Source of the DNA: Octopus bimaculoides | Taxonomy: Eukaryota | Direction of reading: 5' to 3' | Assembly (NCBI RefSeq): GCF_001194135.2 | Contig: NC_068990.1 | Location: 70,193,007 to 70,257,006, forward strand | Length of the DNA: 64,000 nucleotides | Shown: positions 13,550 through 26,400 of the stretch, in pieces | How positions within the stretch are numbered: position 1 is the first letter of the stretch | How the letters are laid out: the number at the start of each line of letters is the position of its first letter | Program-made: the position numbers and the translations under genes | Notes under the pieces: model-generated | The model's database searches: none | What the model was told of the DNA's origin: nothing | The model's input: the letters and a program-made list of their open reading frames with translations, nothing else

Positions 13550-14880
13550 ACATACATACACATATGAACCGAGCACATAATTAACTACCCAACTTGGCTC
13601 CATTAGCCGCAAACCAAAACGTATAGAAAAAAAAACGGGAAGGGTGATAATAGGGGAAGGAGCAGGAAAGAAAACGAGAAAAGAGAGGGAAGTAGGAAAG
13701 AGAATAGAAATAAGAGAAAAAAAGGGGAGTCAGACAAAGAAGAAAAGGGAGCAGAAAGGGATGAAAGGAGGAAAAAAAAGGGAAAACCAACTAACCAATC
13801 TCTGCCAGTATCAGATTCACATATATCAAGGACCCATGAGAACCCCGAAAGTTGCCATAAATGTACAATAGTTAGCAACCAGGCTAAAAGTATACAAGGT
13901 TAATTGTAGCTAAAATATCTGTCCCCGCCCTTGTATCTCTCCCCAGCAGTAGAAGTCAACTGTCAGAAATAAGTGAAGTATTATTCAAGAAGCCAATTAT
14001 AAAGAGAAATAGTCAGATTCGACGTTTATTCCAACTTTTACAAAAACAAAAGCAGGGAGAAAAAAAGTTGATAATTATACATAAGCAATAAATAATAATT
14101 TTAAAAATTGTATGCTTAACATACATTTCGTCTATTATTCCCGCCAGCTTGTAACGAACAGACACTACCACTATATATATATTTAATATGAGGGTGCCAC
14201 TCATTCACACAGCAGTGCAGTAAACCGGTATGTGTGTTGTATGTCTAACATAATACTTCCATTACTACCTCCGCCGCCAGCCTTAATTGATTATTCAGAT
14301 TACAGTCTAACACACCCACATACGCACAGAGGTAGTAAACAACTCCATTTCTCCTCTAATATTTTCTGTGTAAAAGTTATCACTTTCAGACAAAGATACT
14401 GTGCTACTACGCTAAAAAGAATGTACAACCAACCAGTTTTAACAAGATGAAGGAGGCAGGCACACATCGGTGTGGATATTAATATGGTCACAGGTCACTG
14501 GGATGAATTATATTAGCTAGGTAAACTATAATACTTCTTCTGTAGAGTTGTAATGTGGCTTGTCTGTCAATTTCATTCGCCACACAAACCAGCCTGAGCA
14601 ATACACCAGGCAGTTTAATACAACAGACCAACGGAAGAAGCCTCCACGTGGCTGCTAGAAATAGCAGCCGAATTTCACCACGAATCACACGACCATTATA
14701 AAGGAACACATTAGATCATGTTATTTCACGTTCGTCTAAAAAGATAGGATGAACACGGCCTAGAGTTACAGATTGCTCGATTAGAGCTTACCTATAGTAG
14801 CAAGCACCAACATACAAACCATTGCGGGACGATTTTTTTTTTTAATCTACATGAAATTTAATTTAAAAAACGATTTGACA
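13550..14880. promoter_or_regulatory. Intronic CpG-retaining island, candidate internal promoter or enhancer
   Basis: CG dinucleotides are visibly frequent (CCGCCGCC, CCCCGCCC, CACGTG, CGGGACG) compared with CG-poor flanks. No TE hallmarks recognised. Confidence 0.45.
14792..14822 (-). CDS. Candidate alternative first coding exon of the MAP1/futsch gene (MVCMLVLATI+G)
   Basis: GCA ATG G start, 10 open codons plus G, strong AG|GTAAGC donor, same phase as exon 1. Lies at the edge of a CpG-retaining island, with no polypyrimidine acceptor immediately upstream. Confidence 0.5.
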
Positions 14881-15939
14881 CTACGGATTCACTATATGAA
14901 AATACCAGTTGTACTGTATATTTAACCATTAAACACACAACCAATGTAGTAGTTGAAGATTTGGCTGCAATGTAACTGATGAAATTCCCAGAATCTGGAA
15001 GCTGGACAAAATTTTAAAGCCAACCAATAAACAAAGTGAATAGTATTCAGGTTCATCACCCTCACATGCAGACCCTGGAAAATTCTAGAAAAGCTAATCC
15101 TTAATACAATTAACCCATGCATCCCCTTCAAATCTCAATAAGGATTCAGACCATTACATCCAACCAATTCATTACCCACAAACCTAACACAGAAAGTACA
15201 AGATGGCGTTAGCAAGCCAACTACCAACATCAGCCAAGCTTTCAATTGCTCACTATCCATAAAAAAAGACCACATGGCTAGTAAACTATCAGGCTGCCAA
15301 GCTTATGTAATAAACAACGATTCTAGAACTTGCAATTTCCCCAGGATGAAAATTCCCCAAGGATTTGTTCACCTATCCATTTTTTTTCAGCCTGTAACCA
15401 CATGACCTTTCCACACCACAAAATAGACAGCCTAATCTACAAAGAATGGCACACTCACCATTCTACAAGCTCTGCTGTACAACTATTCTAACCCTATATA
15501 AATTTGCTCAAAACTTGGGTCCAAAACAACACAGAGTTGTACCTACCAAATCAACTGTTTTCTTCGTTATCACTAGCAACATAAGAGAACAACTACAACC
15601 AACCATCACATCAAGCAACAATACATAAACCACTTATACAACAATACCACAACCAACAAAAATTCAATCTTTGTAACACACACAGAGAGAGGACATGGTG
15701 AAGAAAGTAAAATAAAGTGTAGAAACTATATTGGATCTGCCATGACTTATGAATCTTGGTCAGAACCCAATCTCTCCACAACTAACTACAACACTAAGAA
15801 CCCAAACAGTGCAATAAACAAGATTTATATAGACCGCAATCTTTAAAAGACATTGAAAAGGTGCAATTTCTTGCTACCGCAAGTCTCACTACTTACAGTC
15901 CCTGTTATTACATGAAAAATCCACTTCCAAACACCAAGT

Positions 15940-15953
15940 CACACACACACACA

Positions 15954-16030
<77 letters not shown>
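15940..16030. repeat. (CA)n microsatellite
   Basis: CA run with one interruption. Confidence 0.98.
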
Positions 16031-16032
<2 letters not shown>

Positions 16033-16411
16033 CACCCTAGACTTAGTACTACAATGACATTCTAAAACTACTATCTCTGCTATCCAGCTTCAACATTCAT
16101 AAACGAAAAATATACATAGATACAAAAACAGTTGCAACATCAATAACCTCACTGGTCTTGAACATTGTCCAAACATGTGACACCATCAGAATCTTTGGGA
16201 ATGTAATATGGCTGGACAGTAGTGTGTAAATATGTCCAGATTGTCAGAGTCAAAATATGGTCTATAGACATGACCAGAGTGATTGTATGGCTACAAGACT
16301 GCAGGATCAGGGTTTATCTGGGGTTGCATAATTTTTAAAACAGCCAAAGGAACTAGTTTATAACAGTCAACATTTGGTTCATCCACCTTTACAGATTACA
16401 TCATATGAAGG

Positions 16412-16611
16412 CAGAAAACAGCAGCAGTCATAACATGCATATCTAATTGATAACTATCAATATTAGGTAAGTAACAACATAAGCCAGATCAATAAAAGGC
16501 AATATTCCAGCCAGAAAACAGCAGCAGTCATAACATGCATATCTAATTGATAACTATCAATATTAGGTAAATAACAACATAAGCCAGATCAATAAAAGGC
16601 AATATTCCAGC
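16412..16611. repeat. Tandem duplication, 2 x 100 bp
   Basis: 16412-16511 and 16512-16611 are identical except G16471 versus A16571. Confidence 0.95.
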
Positions 16612-19600
16612 ATCAATTTTATTGATTTGGTTGAAACAAATTAAAAAACCAATGACATAACTGATCTAACAGTCCTGTGGCCCCATTTCCCTAATTACAC
16701 TATATCTGTGAGAAACTACTGCACACTGCAGCATGCAGTAATAAATCAGATATATAGAGTGCAACAATGTGCCAATTAGGAACGTATTGCACTATGTCCA
16801 CTGTACAATAACCAATATTAGCAGTGGCCACAGAGGAGGCAGACAATGCAAAGTAGAACAGAATATGACAGTTGTTCCACTAAATATTCCTCAAGCACAA
16901 TATTTTAGATTAGCCAGACTGGATATTGCAACTATTTCTGTTTCTATTTTGTTGACTAAAACAAGCTGAAGAACTAATGAACTTTAATGTCTGACCTACT
17001 AATTAACAAGATACTAGAGCAGTATATCAATTTCTTCATTTACTGAAAAAAAAGTTAGAACTTATAATTTTTTATCAATGATGGTGACGTGCAGAGAGAA
17101 CCAAAAGTATGAAAATAAATTACTGTTAAAATCAATATATTTGTATGAAGGTCAATTATCAACTGTGACAAAAATTGTACTCTTCCTTACTTTCAACTAT
17201 GAAGACAATGTGATATCACAATACAGACGTGTGTGGTTTGAATTTCTATGAAATAAATACTTGATTGAACCAGTTAAGATTATTGATGTGAACATAGATA
17301 CATGAAATGAAGCAGATGAAGTGAATAATGAATTCAATAAATTACAATTGGTCACTGGTCAGTGCATAAATATACACATATGCATACACCTTTCAATATA
17401 CAATACATCTGGTGCTTCATACACACACTGAAATTTGAAGAGCAAAAATCAACTTCCCATCATTCTAATACTGACTACCAATAGTTGTCAATATGATTGA
17501 GGGGAAAAATATTCCAAAAGATTATTCTGTATATTTAATAGAAATACAACAGGGTCACAAATGGAAAATATAGTAAGCCGAAAAACTGATTAAGACTATC
17601 AAAGCAATTAGCAGGCAAAAACTCCCTCTGGGCGATAAAATCAATTGAATTCAGATTGGAGTATATCTGGTTAAAGATTGAATCCTTGTCCATTGCTTTC
17701 AGTTATCTTCAGAGGCCAGATCCCTACATACTGTATTGTAGACAATAGATCATAGGTACCAACAATTTTAATCAACTGACCATCCTGTAGTTATCCCCTT
17801 GCTTTTTAGATTTTAAAACAGTTTTTGCTTACTAATTGCAAGGATAATCTCTGTTGTTCAAAATCTTTCAACTCACAATTCCATATTTCCTTCACAACCA
17901 CAGTGGAAGTGAAGTAGGATTGCCATTATTATGTCAATGAAGTTATTTGTAGTCGACAACATAATTAACAACCACAGAGAGGAAATCACTAAAATTGGAT
18001 GAGGTCATTGCTACCAGTAAATTGCTTGCTCCACTTTGGAGAGTATAGTCATTCAGTGAAAGGGCAGGGCTAATATCATTCACATTATTTTGAGATGACG
18101 AAACTGTAGCCCAGCCCAATACTCCACAGGTTTTAAGATAGAGAATGCAACAGAAAAATATCCAATATTTTACACAACTATTGATGAGGCACTAGTGAAG
18201 TAAGCTAGACAATAACAGTATTTTCATGTAGCTCATGTTTTATGAATTTTTTTGTTGAAATGCTTATCAAGAATAGTGAATCTGGAGGTGTCTTTTGTTG
18301 CACTTTGTATCTCGTGATTACACCTCACTTCTGCTCTTCCTATCATGTTGATTAACCCCCAATAAAAAGAGTTGATTCATCCAACTATATTTTTTTTTCC
18401 CCTAAAATTGTCCAGCTACTCAGTCAAAAGAACTGTTGGTAGGTAAGTATGTTAAGTACCATAGTATGACAGCAAGTTGTCAAAGAGCAGCTTTCAATTT
18501 CCAGTTTTACTTATGCTTACAGTGTCCCACATATACAACAACTTTTCACAGTTCTGACAGACATTAAAATGCATCAGTAAAACCAAAATCAAAGGAGATT
18601 TTGCAGTTGCTTGACTTGCTAACAACAGAAGCCATATCTAAAACCACACTGAACAACAGAACAAATGAAATGTCTAATCACAAATTTGTCCAATCAGTCT
18701 TGATCTTGGGCTAAACAACGAAGTCCACATGATGGTGAGGATTTGGGGCCTATATTGTTCATGGTCTTAAAAAAGGCTATCAAACTACTAAAATGGGTCT
18801 ATGAATAGCTCAAACAGCTGGGAATCATAGCAAAAATCCCTTAATAGTCATGAAAAATCCTAGAAACAGTGTCTGATTGGAAGATGGTTGTAAAGGAAAT
18901 CTGATTTCTGATTATGGACCTGCTGTTCAATCAGGATTGAACTAAGTGAAACAAGATAAGCCTTACACTAGCATATGGTGTGGTATTTTAAAATGCTGTT
19001 GTATGTCTAGTGTGGTGACGTGTTAAATGACAAAAGAAAAATCAAGAAAATATGACACTGCATGTGGTGTGTAATTTAAACAAATTTGGTTAAAATTGTA
19101 TTAGTGTCTTTAGAGCATGGCGCAGTCCTCTGGCTTGTCAGCTCCTGCCAAACTGACCAGCCACTGCCAGAATGGAAAATGGACATTAAATGATAATTCA
19201 ATATCATTTAGACTTAATTATCCAGTTGCACATGACAACCTAGTTGGAAGTATTCAGACGATCTTTGGTTTGAGAATAACTCACAATCTGATTTATTCCT
19301 CCAATTTATACCACAAGTGTTGGAGGTAGAGCAATAAGTTTGTAGACAATGGGCCTTCCTCTTCAAAAATGTAGATAAAAAAAACAAAAAAAAACAGCAA
19401 CAATTAATGATCTAGTGTGGTAAGAATGAAATATAAGATACACATGCTTCTAAGAAGTGGACTGTACTTGTAAAATAGCAGTAAGCTGTAACTTGGGTTG
19501 TACTCTATAGATTTCTACACTAAATGCATTATTAAAACATTGAACATAAAAATCCTAATGAAAGAAAATTTCTTTTCATAAATGTACACAAACTTCAGAA

Positions 19601-21550
19601 GCAAGATATTGAAAGAATGTTCCTAACATTGTTTTACTTTCCATAATAACAGCACTTAGGCAACAATCAATTTAACAGCTGAAGTCTGTTATTTAACTAG
19701 CCACTAACTTACTGTGTGTGGGTGTGTGTATTTACAGTTTGGCTGCGTAAATACATATATTTAGCTTTAAATATATGGCTACAAAAACCTTCAGTTTATA
19801 TTAAGCCATTCATACTTTGTAGGAACTTGTCAAATGACTAGAGAAAGGATATGATCAGAGTTAACAAAGAAGAATGAACTTAGGTTTTTGTTAACTTCAG
19901 ATATTAGAGAGTGAGCATCCAATAACTTGTTTCCCTTGAATGATGGCAGCAAGGTTGAGAGAGAAATGTTTAAAGTGTTGTAGGTATATTTATGATAGGC
20001 TCTCATTTGTAATACAGTAAGTTAATAAACTTTGATCATCTATGTAATTAGATACACACACAACCCCACCACCACCACGAAAAAAATCTATCCACAACCA
20101 AAGAAAATAACTAAGATTAATTGATCTGAGTATAATATGAAAGGAACATGATTTATAGATCAAAAAGTTGATTGGCATGGAATTTACAAACATAAAAAAT
20201 GTTCGTATTTTAAAATTGGCTATAAAGGTACACTAAAACAGTCACACACAAATACAAGGAAAATGCAGTATAATAATTCACACACTTTCAAGTGATTGAG
20301 CAGGTTTTGCTTTCAAATTCAACTGTTTTACTGCTTATTTTGCTAAAAATTCCCAGCATATGGGAATCATCTTAAAACTTAATCAGCACCTCAGCTTTAC
20401 AGCCTAGGTTTCATTTCTCAGGCATACAAAGAAACAAATTATTGAACAATAATTGAGAATGTTTAAAAGATATTTCAAAAAATATCTTTTTCAAACTACA
20501 ATGAATTGTATTTCTCACACTATCCATAGGTGATATTAAACTCACTGCACGTGTCACAAGGTCCCATAACAGTCTTCTGCTTTGAAAGAATTCATATAAC
20601 TTTATACAAATTTAATATTATTTCATCTGTATTTGCATATGCGTTTCATCAACTTCTATTCTTTAGAAGAAATATATATTAATTTGGAGTTTCTATTAAG
20701 GATAGATTATTATTTGTTTTTACTTTTGTTTTTCTGTCCTTTTTACAAAGCTTTGCCAGTTTCCTCAATCTTTATTTTCTGTCTTCAAAGGCACAAAGCT
20801 AGCGATCTGTTAAGAGAAATATCACTTGTATCTTACAATTTTCGTAGTAGCACAAAAATGTAAACAAACATACATTTGTCTTCATCCACTTTTCATCTAG
20901 CAAATCAATTCATAAGGCTTTGGTCAGTCTGGAGCTATAGCAGACACTTGCCCAAAGTACTGTGCAGCAGAACTGAATCCGAAACTACATTGTTGCAGAG
21001 AAGCAAACTTCTTATCCACATAGCTACTCCTGTACTTCAGGCTGTGGTCAGTCTCGAGTCATAGAAAACAACTGCTCAAGATGTTGTACAAGGAGACTGA
21101 ACCTGATACCATGTAGTTGGGAAGTGAACTTAACCACACAGCCATTCCTGGTTAAGTAATTCCATAATATAATCATGATCAGAAACTAGTCTTGTATGAT
21201 AACCACCAAATACATGCTAAGAATATTGAGAAAACAAGGTTCACGTATGCAATGTATGTTCAAAATATGTTAGATCCCTAACTCAATTACAATCTATAAC
21301 AATAATTTGCAATAAATTTTAGATCATGTATGACCAGGTATGGTATATTTACACTATGCCATGTAAATTTTAACCCTACAGTAGTAAACATACTCTTGGT
21401 TGAAAATCATGGTTTCAGCTAATCCACTACATAAAACTACACCCCAAATTGCAACATGTGGAGCAGCCAGCTACCCCCCCCCCCCAAAAAAAAACATGCA
21501 TTAGTGATTTATATAGTCAAATTTCAATAAACCATTGCTTCAGTTACAAG

Positions 21551-21751
21551 TAGGGAGGGCTGTGGAGCCGAAACAAAAAAACTGACTCCAACTCCTCTAT
21601 GTAATTAAGTGATTGTGGTGTACATATCTCAAAGTATATGCATACGCTTTTACTTAGAAGAGGCTTATATGTTATAACTGGTTTATATTAAATCAAAGAT
21701 GTTGTGATTTGGAGTTGATATAGTTTTACTGACTCCGACTCCAGAGCCCTG
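21551..21751. mobile_element. hAT MITE
   Basis: Ends AGGGCTGTGGAGCCG..CCGACTCCAGAGCCCTG. Perfect 8-bp TSD GTTACAAG at 21543-21550 and 21752-21759. Confidence 0.85.
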
Positions 21752-23036
21752 GTTACAAGTCAATACTTGTGAATAGTTACTTCAATGTTAGTGTTAATTA
21801 GCTTGACAAAACAGTAGATAGAGATGTATTTTAATCTATATGCAAGATACAGTGCATACTATGAATCATCCTCTTACAAATACAAGACTTAAATATCTTC
21901 TAATGTCAATGGTTAACAAATATGATCTGCATTCACTCATTTTTGCCAATGAATTCCTAAAATGATAGAATTAAAAATATTTCAGTGCAAGATCCTTGAG
22001 TTTGGTTAGAAATATTTAAATAGAGATTGTTAGGAAAATACTACATTAACATTACTCTGTTTTATAAAAAATACAGATCCAACTGGTGTGCTAGAGACAG
22101 CAACCAGTTCTCCCTCAACTGTCTAACATGCAACTTTATTCACATTGTTTTGAATTAATCATGCATTATATTGTAGCTTCAAGACTTCAATGATGTGACT
22201 ATTTTTAGAATGACATTGCACAGATTATATCCTGTCAGTTTGAATATGAAAAAAATATTTGGGCTGGATAGGGTCAGCTTAAATGCTAAAAGGTTAAACA
22301 GGAAATGACAAATGTTATCTTGAATGGTCATTATCGATCATATCTGCTGAATCAGGGCTGAGCAGTTAATACAATTTAAATTATATACTCAGCTACTATC
22401 ACAGGTTGTGTGACCTCAAACTGAAGTAACTGATATAGTTTTTTTCCAGGTTATGGTGTGGGAGGCAAAAAAATAAAATAAACCCACCCAATTTACTATC
22501 AGTTTAGTGTTTAGCTAAATTAGCAGTTATTAGTAAGGATTATGGGAGTAGGCATTCAACTCTAGCTGGATAGGAAGGGTACCAATGACTAGCTAGGTTG
22601 ATGGCGGGGATAGAACAAGCAAGTGAGTCATAGCTCTTGTGATTTACTCGCGCCCTACATTGGAATGAAAGATGGCAGGATAGAAAAGTCTGCAATATTT
22701 GGAGTCACAGACAGTAGCCCTAATTTAAAAGAAACAGAGTGAATATGTAGTGATAATATCTCAAAAAGAAATTTTATTACATCTACTTTTATTATTATAT
22801 CATCATGAAAGAATTTGTATATAACTGGCCATATAAACAGTTTATAATTTGACATTTATAGCAAATGTCATCTTAACAAACAGTCCAAATGAGAGCTAAC
22901 CACTTTTTGAAAAATAAACTTTAGCTCAACACAACCAGATGTATTTTGTTCTAAATATATCAATGTCAGACTAAATGGATTCTTGATTCATCTACCAAAC
23001 TGATACAGATTATACGATTCTATATTTTTGAGACAA

Positions 23037-23432
23037 GGAATTATGGATATTATTTACAATGGATGGATAGGTATCCCCATCTTGTTTGTTGTTATCACAT
23101 TTCAGCAGATGTACTCTCCAGCCTTCATCAGGTGTTCTGGTGGAATTTCGAGCCCAACCCTTAGACTAATGGGGCACAGTGTTCTCATTCCTAAGGTATG
23201 TTGCTGGTGTTATTTTTCTGTTGATATTTTTCAAGTCCCTGCCATCAACAGAAAAATAATATCAGCAACATACCTTAGGAATGAGAACAGTGTGCCCCAT
23301 TAGTCTAAGGGTTGGGTTCGAAATTCTGCAAGAACACCTGATGAAGGCTGGAGAGTACATCAGCCAAAATGTAACAAATGAGATGAGGACACTTGTCCAT
23401 CCATTGTAAATAATGATATAGATTACAATTCC
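23037..23432. repeat. Long inverted repeat (two arms of about 189 bp, 18-nt spacer) of a Penelope-like hammerhead-bearing segment
   Basis: Arms 23037-23225 and 23244-23432 are reverse complements, with about 3 mismatches in the inner 66 bp. Each carries CTGATGAAGGCTGGAGAGTACATC reading outward. Confidence 0.9.
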
Positions 23433-23476
23433 AAGTTCAATAATAGTTATATGATTATCCAAGACGTTCTATGGGG

Positions 23477-23498
23477 NNNNNNNNNNNNNNNNNNNNNN
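23477..23498. other. Assembly gap
   Basis: Run of N. Confidence 1.
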
Positions 23499-26400
23499 GG
23501 AATTCTTAGTCCAAACCAAGATACAATTAAGTTCCAATTTCACTTCCCAGTTGGATGGTTAAAGTTATGATGTATTGCCGACACCAACAATTTATGAACG
23601 TTTAAATTTTTAAGATATTCCGACCAACAAAGCATGGAACCAGGTTCAAACATTCAAGTAACTTCACGACAATTTGTATTTATCATAAATTACCAGAGTT
23701 ATGACGATCCAAAACGTGACTCCTGTATTTGGTAAACTTTCACCAAGACATTGCAATGGTTTGAAATGATATCCAATTATGTTTTGTAGCCTATGTAATG
23801 ATAATTTATGCCAATTAAAATTTGAAGCTGGTAACAAAAGTTGCAGCCTTCCATTTTCCTTTTCAGTGGTTCACATTAGAAAAGATAAGCAACAATAATA
23901 GACTAGTCTTGTAATCATTTACAAACACAGGAATATTTTAACAGAATTATCAAACCCACTACAGATAGAATTAATGAGTGTTAAGTACTTAACATGTATT
24001 TCATTCGTTCACTTTGTTTCCAATACAAACCTTTTAAATTTTATCTAACAATGACAAGTAGATATCTATCTCAGTAGCTTTATAGTTAGTTATCTCCTTA
24101 AGCCTGAGATAACTTGTGCTTTACAACTTTTCATTGATTGTTCACACAGTAAGTAACTAGTGGATATCAAATTTTTCAAAATATTACAAAAAATCTTATC
24201 TAAATTGTATATTTTGGCCAGTAGTAGCAACACTTTCGGATAAATAGTCAAAGATAATCACAAATTACCATAAATGACAAAGGTAATGGCATATTCTTCA
24301 AAAATGTGAGCTGTGATTCGGCCCCTGAGAAACTACATTCACATGCACACAGCAACACAAGAAGCAGAGACCAAAACAATGGTTAATTTATATTCAAATC
24401 TATGACTTTTTAATCTGACAATGTAACATGCATCAACATTTATATCAAAACTCCTCAAATTAGAGACATCTAATGGTACACAAAGTTTTAAATCTCAAGT
24501 AATTTAAAATGTTAAATTAGACTGCAGTCGTTTAATTAAGAGCCTAACTCCCTGAGTTAGATGGAAGTCATTTAATAATACAGAGCTGTTAAATTCTTAA
24601 GTTTAAAGTGAATTTAATAGTTTTGTGTTCCGTGATTTTAATGCGATTTCAACAGTTTCAGATCAAGTCACTTGTGAGACTAATTACAAATCTCCGATTA
24701 GACTTTCTCAACTCAAATTTCAGTACAATAGAGGAGTTTAATTTCAGCTAAATCATCTGGAAAAGGAGAAACAGAAACATGTACCAAGTCACTATACATA
24801 CAACTAGCTGTTCAGTTTTATTATCTGTGACAAGACTACATGCTCATTAATCATCTATTCTAAAATTGTCTTTAGTTGATGAAGGTTTAGTTTATCTACA
24901 GGCTATTGATCATAACTAGCTTTATCATGTAGTGGTCCTTTAGGTGCAAAGCTAGAGATAAACTTATCCAAAATACTCAAAGCAAAAAAAGAAATTAGTG
25001 AAATCTTTTTTTTAAGCCATCATTGATATTTTTCGTAAGTGATATTTAATATTGTCCAGTATTGGAAGCCAATGTTAACTAACCTCACACTGCTCAAATG
25101 GGTGGGCTTTGAACCAAAATAAAAATATTAACTCTTTTACTATCGTATTTCTGTGAAAATACACTGCCTTTTGGTTCAATTAATTTTGCAAATAAAGAAT
25201 TTAGTAAAACAAAATTAAGCTGGTATTTGGAATATAAATTAGCATGAAATTTTAATGGAAAGTTTTAATTTAAATCACTTTAAAGGAGTCTGTATCACAG
25301 TCTGTACCATAGATGGTTTAAGGCAGGCTGGTACCAAAAGGGTTAAAATGTTGAATAATCTAACATTCTAGTTTCAGTTCACAACTGACTGGTTAATGTT
25401 AAGGAAGGAAGAGACAACTACAATTTATGTGAATATTGGAGTTTAGTCATTCAAACCATTGTTTTTCATGGGAAAAACAATTCAATAAAGAGAAAGAGAG
25501 AAGAAAAATGCAGCTAGATAATGTTATAAATGATGGCAGTAAGAAATGCAAAATACTCATTTAAAATATTGAAATTTAGTCACAACTGTAGACTGAAGAT
25601 ATTCATAGCAATCTTGACTAACTGTAAGCATTTAACAACAGCCATGTTAGATAGTAACAGCTTAGAAATTTACTTGGTGGGTGGGAGTGGGAAGAAAGAG
25701 GGAAATGGTTTCAGATTTCATTTTTTCAAGCAACTAAGTTTTACCAACAGGAAAAGATATGGGTACATTATGCTGGCGAACATTAACAGGGATAGTCTGA
25801 GATGTGGGCCTTAAATTATTTTGCTTCATAGTTCATAGCAATCCAAACATGGTTGATGGATTTTTAAAAGGAAAAGGAAGATAAACAATTTCTCAATTTT
25901 CCTGCCTTCTCCAACCAAAAGCCTGTTGATATGGGTAGTGTCGGAAGTGATGATAATTAGATAAAACAATTTTCAGTAGGGAAAAATAATCACTGATGAA
26001 AGCCGAAACTGTAAAAGTTAGCTAAAGTAACATGTCAGTTCTCAGAAACTAAGATGACAATATCTTCTATTAGAAATAGTTCACAAAGATAAATTCAACA
26101 TTTTTCAAAGTTTGAGGCAAACCCACATGAAAAGTATTTATGAACTGATGTTTTAGATAAGCCAAGTTTTTATGAAGTTCAACATCAGAATAAACTTAAC
26201 TTATAAGAAGATAATGGCCACAATAAACAATTGAATAAGCAACTTGTGAGCATAAGCAGAATTTTCTTTTACTCTTTTACTTATTTCAGTCATTTGACTG
26301 TGGCCATGCTGGTGCATGTAGACTATCAGTTTTATCTTATGTAGTAAGTAGCTTTACAGTTAAATTTGCTTTTCAAAACTGCTATTCAGATCTAAATGGA

